DNA of 52,186 nucleotides from Gammaproteobacteria bacterium. Lineage in GTDB: Bacteria > Pseudomonadota > Gammaproteobacteria > SG8-11. Numbering within the stretch: position 1 is the stretch's first letter; each line of letters starts with the position of its first letter. The notes under the pieces were generated by a model. It worked only from the letters and a program-made list of their open reading frames with translations, ran no database searches and was not told where the DNA came from. The stretch covers positions 1-52,186 of the forward strand of contig JAADIM010000119.1 in NCBI GenBank assembly GCA_013151345.1. The letters are read 5' to 3'. The position numbers and the translations under genes were made by a program. Below are positions 7,535-16,161 of the stretch, piece after piece.

Positions 7535-7918
7535 CTACTTAGGCCCTGCCTCGTCGCCCTTATTTAGTCTATCTGATATTTTTTTACAGCTCATTAAAGT
7601 CTCACTTAATTGCTGTGGTGTCATGAGATTCAGTTTATTTCTAAACTCTCCAAGCTCGTTGATGTAAGCAGGGTGATTTTCTATATCCTGAATAATAGAA
7701 TTATGTTTTTCCCTCCAGCGGGCATAGACCTCCATAGTATTTAAATAATATTCTGGTATATGCAAATCACATGCTTTTTTTATAATTAGTATATGATTTA
7801 TTTTATTCATCTCTTCGTCACTATATGTCCCGTTATCTTTAGTTTCTCCAAATATGACTTGAGGTAATATAAATAATAAAATACATATAATTAAATATTG
7901 TAATAACTTCATTTGCAA
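7535..7918 (-). CDS. Hypothetical secreted protein
   Basis: 127-aa ORF with a hydrophobic N-terminal signal-like segment. No family recognised. Confidence 0.55.
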   Translation of the reverse strand: MQMKLLQYLIICILLFILPQVIFGETKDNGTYSDEEMNKINHILIIKKACDLHIPEYYLNTMEVYARWREKHNSIIQDIENHPAYINELGEFRNKLNLMTPQQLSETLMSCKKISDRLNKGDEAGPK

Positions 7919-8062
7919 GTTCCTTGTATTTTATCAAGCGCCTAAGCTTCAGTTTTCGCGACATTATATGTCTCATGCTCTGCATCATCGACAGGCAAAA
8001 GTGGCATGTATTTTTGCCTCGAAATAACCGCGCTGCTTTTGACTGTTCGCTGGATACATTGG

Positions 8063-9004
8063 TTAAGTCTTTTTCGCTGTTATTGCTGTTTTCTCTTGGC
8101 TATGGTTTTTCTGTAGAATAACGGTTGCAATTGATGAAATTAAAATACCTGGGGCTACTGCCATAGGAATTGATACGCCATCGATCAACAGCAATAGCAC
8201 TGCTACTAATGCTGGAGTCAAGTAAATATATGCATTTACACGACTAGGGCCAAGCACGACAGTAGTTTTTTGGTAGATATAAACAGTCGCAAGCGTTGCA
8301 CCTATAACTAAGTAAGCCATGTAATATACTAACTCGCCTTGTAACAAATCCCATTGAAGCGGCTGGCCTGAAAAAAGTAGTGCCAGTGCCATCCAAAGTG
8401 AACCACCTACAAGAGTGCAAAAAACTAGCACAACCATTTCATCATTTCGATATAACAATTTCATGGTGATAGAGTAACAACACATCGAAAATGTGCCAAC
8501 CATGAATATCAAGTCGCCTTTATTCAAGGAAAACGACAAGAGCAGATTAAACTGACCATTGAAAATCACCCAAGAAGTTCCCGCTGCTCCCAGTAAATAA
8601 ACAGCAATCTGTTTGATAGCCATACCTTCGCCGAAGATAAGCATGCATAGAAGAGCTGTGATCAATGGCACTAGTGTATATAAAGCGCCTGTATTTAACG
8701 CTGTCGTTGTATTCAGCGACTCAAAAAAACAAATGAAAAATACAGAAAAAAACAGACTTATTATCATGGCTCTTGGTAGAGTCGTTAATACTTCTCTTCT
8801 CCACCGTGGATTTGAAAATATAATAGGCGATAATATTAATCCAGCACCTATGAAACGAAGTAATGTTAGAGAAATTGGATTAATAATACCGGCAAGTTTT
8901 TCTGAAGCCAAAAATGACCCTGCCACAAGAATTGTTGCGAGTATAACTAATAGATGAGATTTCACATTTTGAACTTTCAACATCACTCCCTTTATGACAT
9001 GCAA
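8063..9004 (-). CDS. EamA/DMT-family transporter
   Basis: 313-aa ORF with about 10 TM segments arranged as two EamA-like halves. Confidence 0.75.
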   Translation of the reverse strand: MHVIKGVMLKVQNVKSHLLVILATILVAGSFLASEKLAGIINPISLTLLRFIGAGLILSPIIFSNPRWRREVLTTLPRAMIISLFFSVFFICFFESLNTTTALNTGALYTLVPLITALLCMLIFGEGMAIKQIAVYLLGAAGTSWVIFNGQFNLLLSFSLNKGDLIFMVGTFSMCCYSITMKLLYRNDEMVVLVFCTLVGGSLWMALALLFSGQPLQWDLLQGELVYYMAYLVIGATLATVYIYQKTTVVLGPSRVNAYIYLTPALVAVLLLLIDGVSIPMAVAPGILISSIATVILQKNHSQEKTAITAKKT

Positions 9005-9093
9005 TAAAACTTCTTTTTTCAGGAGCCCCTATTAGAGGTAACGAACGACTTAATGATTATTAGGCATTTTTCCGTTTAAATTCATTTTTCCAA

Positions 9094-9381
9094 TTAAAGC
9101 GGCCAAAGATCTATTCCTAACATCAAAAAGCGTATGGATAAGAGAATACAGAATAGTGTAACTGCCGTGTAGATAAGTTTATTACCAACAGACAGAATAT
9201 GCTTAATGCCAATATACGCACCTATTGCAGTTACGAAAAAAGCGAACTCGCTAATAGCGAGTAAGGATAATAATGGAATAGTTGTATGACCGTTACTGTG
9301 TATTTCACTGCCTTTAATTACAACCAGCATAAGAAACAAGCCTAAACCCAATGCGATATAAGGGAAATTATATTTTTTCAT
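9094..9381 (-). CDS. Small integral membrane protein
   Basis: 95-aa ORF with three hydrophobic segments. No family recognised. Confidence 0.5.
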   Translation of the reverse strand: MKKYNFPYIALGLGLFLMLVVIKGSEIHSNGHTTIPLLSLLAISEFAFFVTAIGAYIGIKHILSVGNKLIYTAVTLFCILLSIRFLMLGIDLWPL

Positions 9382-9528
9382 TTTTTTGATTCGCCTGACG
9401 CGGTAATAGGCTGATATTTCAAGTGTGGTAAAAACGAAACGATCACGCTTGAAAATACCTGCGTTTATTGCCCTTTTTATGTTTCAGTGCCGACACCGCC
9501 AGAACATCTACTTATCGTGATAACCCAA

Positions 9529-10434
9529 CTATTTACTGACTCTTCGCAATAATTCAATTGAAGCATCGACTTCGACTTTTCTGATAGCAACACTTTCAAT
9601 ATTGCATCCAATAGGAATGCCTTTTTCATCTGCAAAACTCTTTAATTCCAGCCAGCTTTGTTCGGAAAAATTAACGGATTTTTGAAGAATATCATTTGAG
9701 TGGATTAATTCATTCTCCAACCATTTAGGAATGCTAATGCCCAACCATTTCATAAATTGAAGCGTTTTAAGAGAACCGCAAGGGGTTAAGGTAAACAGTA
9801 TTGGCACCAGCGGAATATTGTGCTGTTGTCCATAGTAATAATAGTCAGACAAAAAATTCTTTGACGCATTTACATCATAGACACCTTGCGAAACAAAGAA
9901 AGTGCAGCCTTGAGCGATTTTATTAAATACTCTAATATGTTCATCGCCTTTACTCTGATGGCGTTCTGAAATCGTGACCCCCCCTAAAAGAAGCTCATTA
10001 TTTGTTTCCGCTTTTAGCTTGTAAGCATCATTCATTGATAAACTAACTTCTTGAGACTTAGAAGACGCGCCAACAAAAACAGTCAGATTATTCTTGGGCG
10101 AGGCATTCATCAAAAATTGCGACATCTCTGATTTACTGTATTTTCCGACAGACCTGTAAATAATCTTTGGAATAGACAAAGAGCGCAGATATTCTTCACT
10201 ATAGAAGAATGGGTCTAATGTCTCCATGAAAGGGAATGGACGCTCTTCAGATGTTCGAGACTTTTCGTCTTGAATATCATAAAGAATCAAACCATCAATA
10301 TTGAGAGATCGGAGTCTTTGTATCTGTCGAGAAGAAATTTCTTCTACTTTCTCCAAACTCGTCCCTTTTTTAGGGGGAGTAATTCCATAGAGAATAATTC
10401 CACTTTCTCTGTTTTTTATTTTATCAACAAGCAT
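9529..10434 (-). CDS. Methylenetetrahydrofolate-reductase-family (MetF-like) protein
   Basis: 301-aa ORF. The N-terminal GIILYGITPPK motif and overall TIM-barrel-like pattern resemble divergent MetF family members. Assignment is by eye only. Confidence 0.5.
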   Translation of the reverse strand: MLVDKIKNRESGIILYGITPPKKGTSLEKVEEISSRQIQRLRSLNIDGLILYDIQDEKSRTSEERPFPFMETLDPFFYSEEYLRSLSIPKIIYRSVGKYSKSEMSQFLMNASPKNNLTVFVGASSKSQEVSLSMNDAYKLKAETNNELLLGGVTISERHQSKGDEHIRVFNKIAQGCTFFVSQGVYDVNASKNFLSDYYYYGQQHNIPLVPILFTLTPCGSLKTLQFMKWLGISIPKWLENELIHSNDILQKSVNFSEQSWLELKSFADEKGIPIGCNIESVAIRKVEVDASIELLRRVSK

Positions 10435-10975
10435 TGTATCTCTCTATTTTGTTCGTTTACATTTTTAGAATTTAACGATCGTAGTTCCACTTCTTAGTTT
10501 GTCTTAGTTTCGTGTTTCCTCGATGTCTCAGACAATGACGGTCTCGAAGAAACTGTGCTTCAGCACGCATCTTTGCACGTCCAACGAACTGAGTGTACTT
10601 AAATGCCAGGCAAGGTGAAAACACGCATGTCAAAGTATAATGCTAACCGAATATGCAGAATTACGCGAGGACGAGTTTTATGGACAAGGAAGGCTTGAAT
10701 TACAAGAGGCAAACGCTTATTTATAAGTTATATTGTAGCAATTACGCTATGGAAACTACCATCCCGTAAATACCTGACGTGAAGCATCAATCCTAGAGAA
10801 ATGACCGAAAACAACCCCGCGTATGGTCTCTCGCCTAGACGGGTGGCTATATTGTGTCGCAACCCCACGAAGCTCGGTAACAGATGTTAGTATCAATATG
10901 AGTTACTCCAAGCAGCGAACAAACCTGAAATATTGAAAATCCATGGAACATATTTTTCGTTCTTATTAAACTATA

Positions 10976-11659
10976 TCATTCCGGCGTTTTGCTTTGTTTC
11001 CCCGCGAGGGCGGGAAATAAGACAAATCCCATTATATCCATCGTTACATGCGCTATGATATTTAAAACAAGATTATCTGTATAGAGATAAACCGCCGTGA
11101 ATCCACTACCTAACAGTGCCGCCAAGATAGTCTGTCCCCAACGACCGTTCGGGTAGTGAGCCGCGGCAAAGATAACAATGGTCGTCACTGCCGCAACAGA
11201 GGTACTGCCAGACAACTCAGCAATTCGGTTTAGGCCAATACCACGAAACATAATCTCTTCCGTGATGCCTGAAATAATAGCAATGAAGCAGCGAAACCAA
11301 ACTGGAAGTACAAGCAACTTTTCGAGTGCTGGCTCATAACTAGGAATCCTGAGGCGGCGAATGAGCGCACCGATAGCACCAAAGATAAAGACACCCGCTA
11401 TACCAATGCCTATTCCAAACACCCAAACCTGCATACCAGGAACCATTCCACCCATGGATGCAAACTCACGGTTCTCGCCATAGACGACAAGGAGTAGCAC
11501 CAGAATCACCAAAGTGCAAATATAAGCATACAAGGGGAGCAAGGTTTTTATCGTTGGCTGTGAAAGCGCGAAACTACGCCTCGCCCAAAGAGCGCCCAAC
11601 GGGAATGCAACTAGGGCTATCGCTAAATTGATGTAGGTAGCCAGTATCTGCATTTCCAT
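10976..11659 (-). CDS. CPBP-family intramembrane metalloprotease (CAAX protease / Abi family)
   Basis: 227-aa multi-TM ORF with the EEIMFRG motif and downstream His motifs (AAHYPN, AHVTMD). Confidence 0.85.
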   Translation of the reverse strand: MEMQILATYINLAIALVAFPLGALWARRSFALSQPTIKTLLPLYAYICTLVILVLLLVVYGENREFASMGGMVPGMQVWVFGIGIGIAGVFIFGAIGALIRRLRIPSYEPALEKLLVLPVWFRCFIAIISGITEEIMFRGIGLNRIAELSGSTSVAAVTTIVIFAAAHYPNGRWGQTILAALLGSGFTAVYLYTDNLVLNIIAHVTMDIMGFVLFPALAGKQSKTPE

Positions 11660-11958
11660 TGCCTACTCACCACCTTCGCAACATACAGTTGGATATACTA
11701 CCTAACAAAAATTAGAGTAGAGAGCAGCAAAACGCTATATAAACAGTGTATTCACCGCTCCCCTCCATCAAACCGAACAAACAGCTTTCCCGCAAACGGC
11801 TTCCGAAGTTCTTCTTCCTCAAGCATGCACACCTTTCCACATTGGAGGTCGTACGTCACCCCTAAAAGCGTTTGCGACACTCCCTAGGAACGTCCAGTGG
11901 TGAATAAAGCATGTTGTGCCTAACTAAGTGCCATTCAGGCCTAACCCTGAGGTATAAT

Positions 11959-12591
11959 TTATTTGGCAATATTAAGTATATTATTCACCAACAAGGTGAT
12001 ATCCGCATCACTGGCTCTCGGTGAATAAGGAGGCATTGGCACTTCCCCCCAAACACCTTTGCCGCCACTTTTTACTTTTGCGATTAACCTGGCTTCGGCA
12101 TCAGGATCACTTAAATATTTCTTACTGACATCTCGCCACGCGGGACCAACTATTTTGTTGTCCACACTATGGCATGCCAAACAGCCGCTTTTCTTGGCCA
12201 CTGCCAAATAATCTGAACTAGCAGCGATTGCTGCCACGGTCGCTGTTGTTGTATCTGTCGTTGTATCTGTTTCAACTACATCTTTGCTTATTTCCTCTAC
12301 ACTATTGATTGTAGCTTCTGTTGTTTCTTTAATATCCTTAACAACATCTGTCGCACCTATGTCTTTACTAATCTCCGCAAGCCTTATGTCTTTGCTTACA
12401 TCCGCCATGGTATTGTCACTGATTGCGTCACTGATTGCCTCCGAACTACTCATTTCTTTTTTAGCGTTTGCGCCAGAAGAGTTGTCAGACATTGAATCCT
12501 TATTCGACGCATCGTCACAAGACAACAGTGCCGACAATGTAAAAACCAGTGAAAAAGCTGTCCCAAGCATATATTTTTTATCTTTAATCAT
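11959..12591 (-). CDS. Monoheme c-type cytochrome lipoprotein with an acidic repetitive linker
   Basis: 210-aa ORF with lipobox LSALLSC, a linker carrying SKDI/VKDI repeats and a T/D-rich run, and a C-terminal CLACHS heme site with GGKGVWG..PMPP (cytochrome c551/c5-like). Confidence 0.8.
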   Translation of the reverse strand: MIKDKKYMLGTAFSLVFTLSALLSCDDASNKDSMSDNSSGANAKKEMSSSEAISDAISDNTMADVSKDIRLAEISKDIGATDVVKDIKETTEATINSVEEISKDVVETDTTTDTTTATVAAIAASSDYLAVAKKSGCLACHSVDNKIVGPAWRDVSKKYLSDPDAEARLIAKVKSGGKGVWGEVPMPPYSPRASDADITLLVNNILNIAK

Positions 12592-13111
12592 AATCTAACT
12601 TCCTGCGTAATTTTTTTATGTAAACCAACTCTAGAAAAACATTCCTAATGAACAATTAAAATAATACGGCTAGAGCACCAAATTAGGGTCATTGTACAAC
12701 AACTGATCTACACCTAAAACTATAATATAACTGCATTGGCAGCCCTAGTTTGCACTATCTATTGCGCTTAAATTATGCTGGATAACTTCCAAAATGGAAG
12801 ATGAGCAAAATTAAGATATTATTAAGCTTAGAAGAGTCTACAATCACGTTAACTTTTCATGGAACTCTATTACTACACAAATTGGATAATATGCTGCGGT
12901 TAGTCCTTTATGTAAAATCTTGGCAAGCGAGCCATCTACGATTTCCCTGTTAACTCTACTAACGGCACAGCTTATCGTCTTGAGCTGTTTAATTCGAGTC
13001 TGACCCCAATGCCAATCTAATGTTGCTTTCAAATTAAAATAATTTCAACTGGTTCGTTTAAACTTCTGATTTATATACATTTAACAGTATAATACAAGTA
13101 CCCCCGATTGA

Positions 13112-13140
13112 TTGACGTGATATATATTTACAACTAAAAT
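13112..13140 (+). promoter_or_regulatory. Candidate sigma70 promoter for parDE
   Basis: TTGACG (13112-13117), a 17-nt spacer, then TAAAAT (13135-13140), about 43 nt upstream of the parD ATG. Confidence 0.5.
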
Positions 13141-13182
13141 ACCTATATATGGTATTTAGTGGTATAAATGAGGTGCGTTCAT

Positions 13183-13422
13183 ATGGCTAAAAATACAAGT
13201 ATTACACTTGGAGATCACTTCGATGAGTTTATTTCCGACCGAATTAAAAATGGACGATATGGTTCTGCCAGTGAGGTTGTTCGAGCTGGATTGCGCCTTC
13301 TTGAAACCACAGAAACTAAGCTTGAGATGCTCCGTGCCATGCTTGCCGAAGGTGAAAATAGTGGATTTGCAGATTACTCTTACGATAATTTGATTAAAGA
13401 ACTTGATAATGAGTCCCATTAA
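13183..13422 (+). CDS. parD: ParD-type (RHH) antitoxin
   Basis: MAKNTSITLGDHFDEFI...GRYGSASEVVRAGLRLLE. ATG at 13183 lies 7 nt after AGGTG (the ORF track starts earlier, at 13168). It overlaps parE by 1 nt (TAATG). Confidence 0.85.
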   Translation: MAKNTSITLGDHFDEFISDRIKNGRYGSASEVVRAGLRLLETTETKLEMLRAMLAEGENSGFADYSYDNLIKELDNESH

Positions 13423-13739
13423 TGCCCGCCTATAAGGTCACAAACAAAGCTAAAGCAGACCTTATCGCAATTGGACGGTATACAACAAAAAAATGGGGAG
13501 TAGCACAAAGGAACGACTACCTTAAACAATTAGATAATTGTTTTTCACAAATCTCCGAAAATCCAAAGCTCGGTGTTACTAGTGATCTTATCAAAAAAGA
13601 CTATCGTAAATTTCCGCAAGGCAGCCACCTCATTTTCTACAAACAAAACCTAAACGGAATCATTGAGATAATCAGAGTATTACATAAGACCATGGACATC
13701 GAATCTAATATTGATAAAACAGTCACGGTAGGAACGTAA
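13422..13739 (+). CDS. parE: ParE-type toxin (RelE/ParE superfamily)
   Basis: 105-aa ORF. The sequence DLIAIGRYTTKKWGVAQRNDYL...YRKFPQGSHLIFYK...IEIIRVLH is typical of ParE. Confidence 0.85.
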   Translation: MPAYKVTNKAKADLIAIGRYTTKKWGVAQRNDYLKQLDNCFSQISENPKLGVTSDLIKKDYRKFPQGSHLIFYKQNLNGIIEIIRVLHKTMDIESNIDKTVTVGT

Positions 13740-13740
13740 G

Positions 13741-14215
13741 TCGCCCAACGCCCCCCGCACAGATCCCCGCATGAAGTTTTCCCTCACGGGGCTCCTCGGT
13801 CACACTCGCTTTCGCAGTCAGCAAAGACTTCATCGGCTCACCACCACACCTTGTTTAATGCTGGCTTCACTCGACATTTTGGTATCGGCAAAGCCAAGAA
13901 GGTTAACGTGCACTTCAGTCGCTCCCAGGTATAACTACGTCGTCCACTTCGTCGATTTAACCACCTATAAAGTAGTTTCACCACATATCGTTTGACGGCA
14001 TAAAGTCCAGCCAGATTGCCAATCACTCCAAAGTAGTTGTAATGCCCTCGCAACTTATCCACCAAGCTGGCCAGCAATAATGAGATCTTCATATGCCGGT
14101 TCTCCTTGATGTATTCCTTTAAGTTGTTCTTCGCTGTTTGCAGTCTTTCTCTTCCTGTTCGTCGGAACAATCTCGGCTTTTCTTTCTTGTCCAATTCCCA
14201 ATGGAATTCAAAACT
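13741..14215 (-). mobile_element. 5'-truncated group II intron remnant (maturase C-terminus plus domain V/VI region)
   Basis: It carries a maturase-like ORF tail. About 44 nt downstream, on the minus strand, GAGCCCCGTGAGGGAAAACTTCATGCGGGGATC (plus 13762-13794) folds like domain V: an 8-bp lower stem with one mismatch, a 2-nt bulge, and an upper stem capped by a GAAA-type loop. No RT domains and no domains I-III are present. Confidence 0.7.
13838..14212 (-). pseudogene. Group II intron-encoded protein fragment (thumb/X and C-terminal part only)
   Basis: FEFHW...KLRGHYNYFGVIGN...RWLNRRSGRRSYTWERL...LPIPK matches the conserved C-terminal maturase region of bacterial intron-encoded proteins. The upstream RT motifs are absent. 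Confidence 0.75.
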
Positions 14216-14239
14216 CAAAAAATAGAAATAGGGGAGGTA

Positions 14240-14325
14240 GGGACACCGATGACTTAAGGACTTAACGACACTGAGAAGCAATTATTCTACAACTTTGTTT
14301 AAGTCCTTAAGTCCTCGGCGTCCCC
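14240..14325. repeat. Long inverted repeat (27-bp arms, 25/27 paired, 30-nt loop)
   Basis: gggacaccgatgacttaaggacttaac (14240-14266) pairs with gtttaagtccttaagtcctcggcgtccc (14297-14324). It sits exactly where the intron remnant loses homology. Confidence 0.8.
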
Positions 14326-14485
14326 TGCTCCTTACTCTTCAGGCACTTCAGCTCGATGTATTCACGTTGGAAATGAAATTTAAGTAGTGAATGAAATTAT
14401 CTGGTAATACCAGATTTTGAACCCCGAAACTTGAGTTATTAACTCTCTCTCAATACTAAGTTGTTGGAGTACTAGGTTCCACTTT

Positions 14486-15133
14486 CTACCCTACCGCCGT
14501 TTTCTGTCTGCTCCAAAGCAACACGAGGGTCCCAATGGCAATCCCACACCAGATCAGGGTCCAGAATATTTCGGGTAACCAGGTGACATTGGAGAGGGTA
14601 GCGCCATCGCCGTAATGGCGACCATCGATAAGGTTTAAGGGTGCCCTGGCAGCGCTGACCATAACATAAACGCCCGCAAACTCCATGAAACGCGAGAAGA
14701 TATTACCGGTGACATAACGAAAAGAGACATATAAGGCCGCGGTGATAATCAACATGATCACTATGGTGATGATGTCACGGGCATATAGGATGCCCGAGAT
14801 AACGATCATGCATAATATAGCTATTCCAAGCCAACGGCTGGCGGTGCCACTTGCTCTGGCACCGAGATAAATAATAGCACCCCAACCCACCGCACCCACA
14901 TAACCGGCAAAGGTCACCAGAGGTTGCCAGCCGCCCCTGGTATAACACAGGCCGGAGCCATTAAAGTGCAGTGCGATACGCTCAATAGATCCACCGCTGA
15001 GTACCGCTGCCAGGCCGTGAGTAATTTCGTGAAAGTACGTCTCTAACCAAGAAAAAGGCCAATGCACAATAGGGATCATCGACAACACAAACGCACCAAT
15101 GACGTAGAGGACAAATAAATGCTGGGGTTTCAT
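14486..15133 (-). CDS. Peptidase M50B-like membrane metalloprotease
   Basis: 215-aa multi-TM ORF with FHEITHG (HExxH) in the first TM region. Confidence 0.75.
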   Translation of the reverse strand: MKPQHLFVLYVIGAFVLSMIPIVHWPFSWLETYFHEITHGLAAVLSGGSIERIALHFNGSGLCYTRGGWQPLVTFAGYVGAVGWGAIIYLGARASGTASRWLGIAILCMIVISGILYARDIITIVIMLIITAALYVSFRYVTGNIFSRFMEFAGVYVMVSAARAPLNLIDGRHYGDGATLSNVTWLPEIFWTLIWCGIAIGTLVLLWSRQKTAVG

Positions 15134-15149
15134 TTATTTAACCTAAACT

Positions 15150-15212
15150 CATCATAGGCTTAACCGAGCACATAATAGGCTTAACCGAACACATAATAGG
15201 TTTAACCTAACA
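15150..15212. repeat. Tandem repeat, ~21-bp unit, 3-4 copies, filling an intergenic spacer
   Basis: cataggcttaaccgagca / cataataggcttaaccgaaca / cataataggtttaacctaaca. It starts next to the stop codon of the DUF350 gene. Confidence 0.9.
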
Positions 15213-15214
15213 CA

Positions 15215-16108
15215 TCATCCAAACAATCCCGCGATCAAGAAACCCACTGCGATATAAACAGCCGCTTCAATTGCACCGATGGCGACGTTGCCTTGATTAT
15301 CGACTTCCTCGGCAACGTTAATGCCTGGCAAAACTGCCTTACGGATAACAATAGCCAACACTGTTAAGATTAAGAACATCAATACGGCGACGACGGACCA
15401 AGCAGCCAGGCTGGCGATCAATTGTGTGTCTCCGTAGACCACAACACCGGATGCACCGGTCACGGCCAAAGCAATACCAACTCGATAGCCAGCAAAACGC
15501 AGGGCTAACGCGGTATTACCTTCCTCAATTTGTTTTTGTAACCCTGTATTGCCATGATGCCGGGCATAGACATGGCGACGGTAGGCCGTGGCCGCGACCA
15601 TGATGGCTTGCGATACCAAGAAACCCACCAGCACAAACAATAAGCCGATAAAAGAATTGCTATCTACCCATACCATTACCGCACGTAGAATAATGGCAGT
15701 GGCGATCATATTGCCTGCATCCACCAGTGCCGCAGCGATATTGCCTCGCATGATTTCCTTATGAATGCTGATATCCGGCAAAGAAATATGATCAAACACT
15801 TTGCGTGTAACAGCCATCAGCACCAAGCCGACACCACCGTAGGCCAACATGATAAAAGCTTCGCTCGCGGGGTTATTCGCAGCTTCACCGGATACCGCAC
15901 CCATGAGCATGACAGCGACCGCGATGGCTGCACCTGCGATGGAAATGCCAAATGCGTGGTTATCCCGCTCGGCTAGTTCAGCCTGGGCGGAAACATTACC
16001 GACAACACCCGCCAATTTACGCATACTCGCCAGAATGACCGCAATGATAAGAAAATCCACGGCATAATAAGCCGCCAAGCTGGGGTCAATTCCGATTAAT
16101 TCATTCAT
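15215..16108 (-). CDS. DUF350-repeat membrane protein (YjfL-like)
   Basis: 297-aa ORF made of several repeated two-TM modules rich in A/G/V. It sits in a yjf-like neighbourhood. Confidence 0.6.
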   Translation of the reverse strand: MNELIGIDPSLAAYYAVDFLIIAVILASMRKLAGVVGNVSAQAELAERDNHAFGISIAGAAIAVAVMLMGAVSGEAANNPASEAFIMLAYGGVGLVLMAVTRKVFDHISLPDISIHKEIMRGNIAAALVDAGNMIATAIILRAVMVWVDSNSFIGLLFVLVGFLVSQAIMVAATAYRRHVYARHHGNTGLQKQIEEGNTALALRFAGYRVGIALAVTGASGVVVYGDTQLIASLAAWSVVAVLMFLILTVLAIVIRKAVLPGINVAEEVDNQGNVAIGAIEAAVYIAVGFLIAGLFG

Positions 16109-16161
16109 GTGTATTTCTCCTGTGTAGCTAAATTTGTGTCTAAATACATACCTAACAATTA

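Noticed and set aside
8025-8067. Possible sixth attC (ACTTAAC overlapping the EamA stop ... GTTATTT, complementary to AAATAAC at 6801-6807), which would make the esterase plus the 127-aa gene a cassette
   Set aside because: Only about 43 nt separate the boxes, and the interior has no arm pairing (direct CAGCG repeats instead). The 7-nt AT-rich complementarity could be chance.
10435-10975. Cobalamin, SAM, SAH or ZTP riboswitch in the MetF-like leader
   Set aside because: Only a partial GAGACC resemblance to the B12 box is present. The other conserved cores were not found by eye. The region is kept as an unassigned finding only.
11775-11815. Domain-V-like segment (minus strand AAGCCGTTTGCGGGAAAGCTGTTTGTTCGGTTT) suggesting a second group II intron remnant
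   Set aside because: Only the basal AAGCCG/CGGTTT pairing works. The upper stem does not pair, and there is no maturase-like coding remnant nearby.
12844-13032. 62-aa minus-strand ORF (MKATLDWHWGQTRIKQLK...) in the AT-rich gap upstream of parDE; considered as a recombinase or toxin fragment
   Set aside because: It has no recognisable motif, no SD and no partner gene. It lies in a 560-nt AT-rich region where short ORFs arise by chance. It may be a gene remnant, but I cannot support any call.
13156-13419. Antisense 87-aa ORF and the alternative-frame 61-aa ORF (13208-13393) overlapping parD
   Set aside because: These are shadow ORFs of a well-supported ParD coding frame.
13771-13995. Plus-strand 74-aa ORF across the intron remnant
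   Set aside because: It overlaps the domain-V-like RNA segment and the antisense of the maturase fragment. It shows no motif support.
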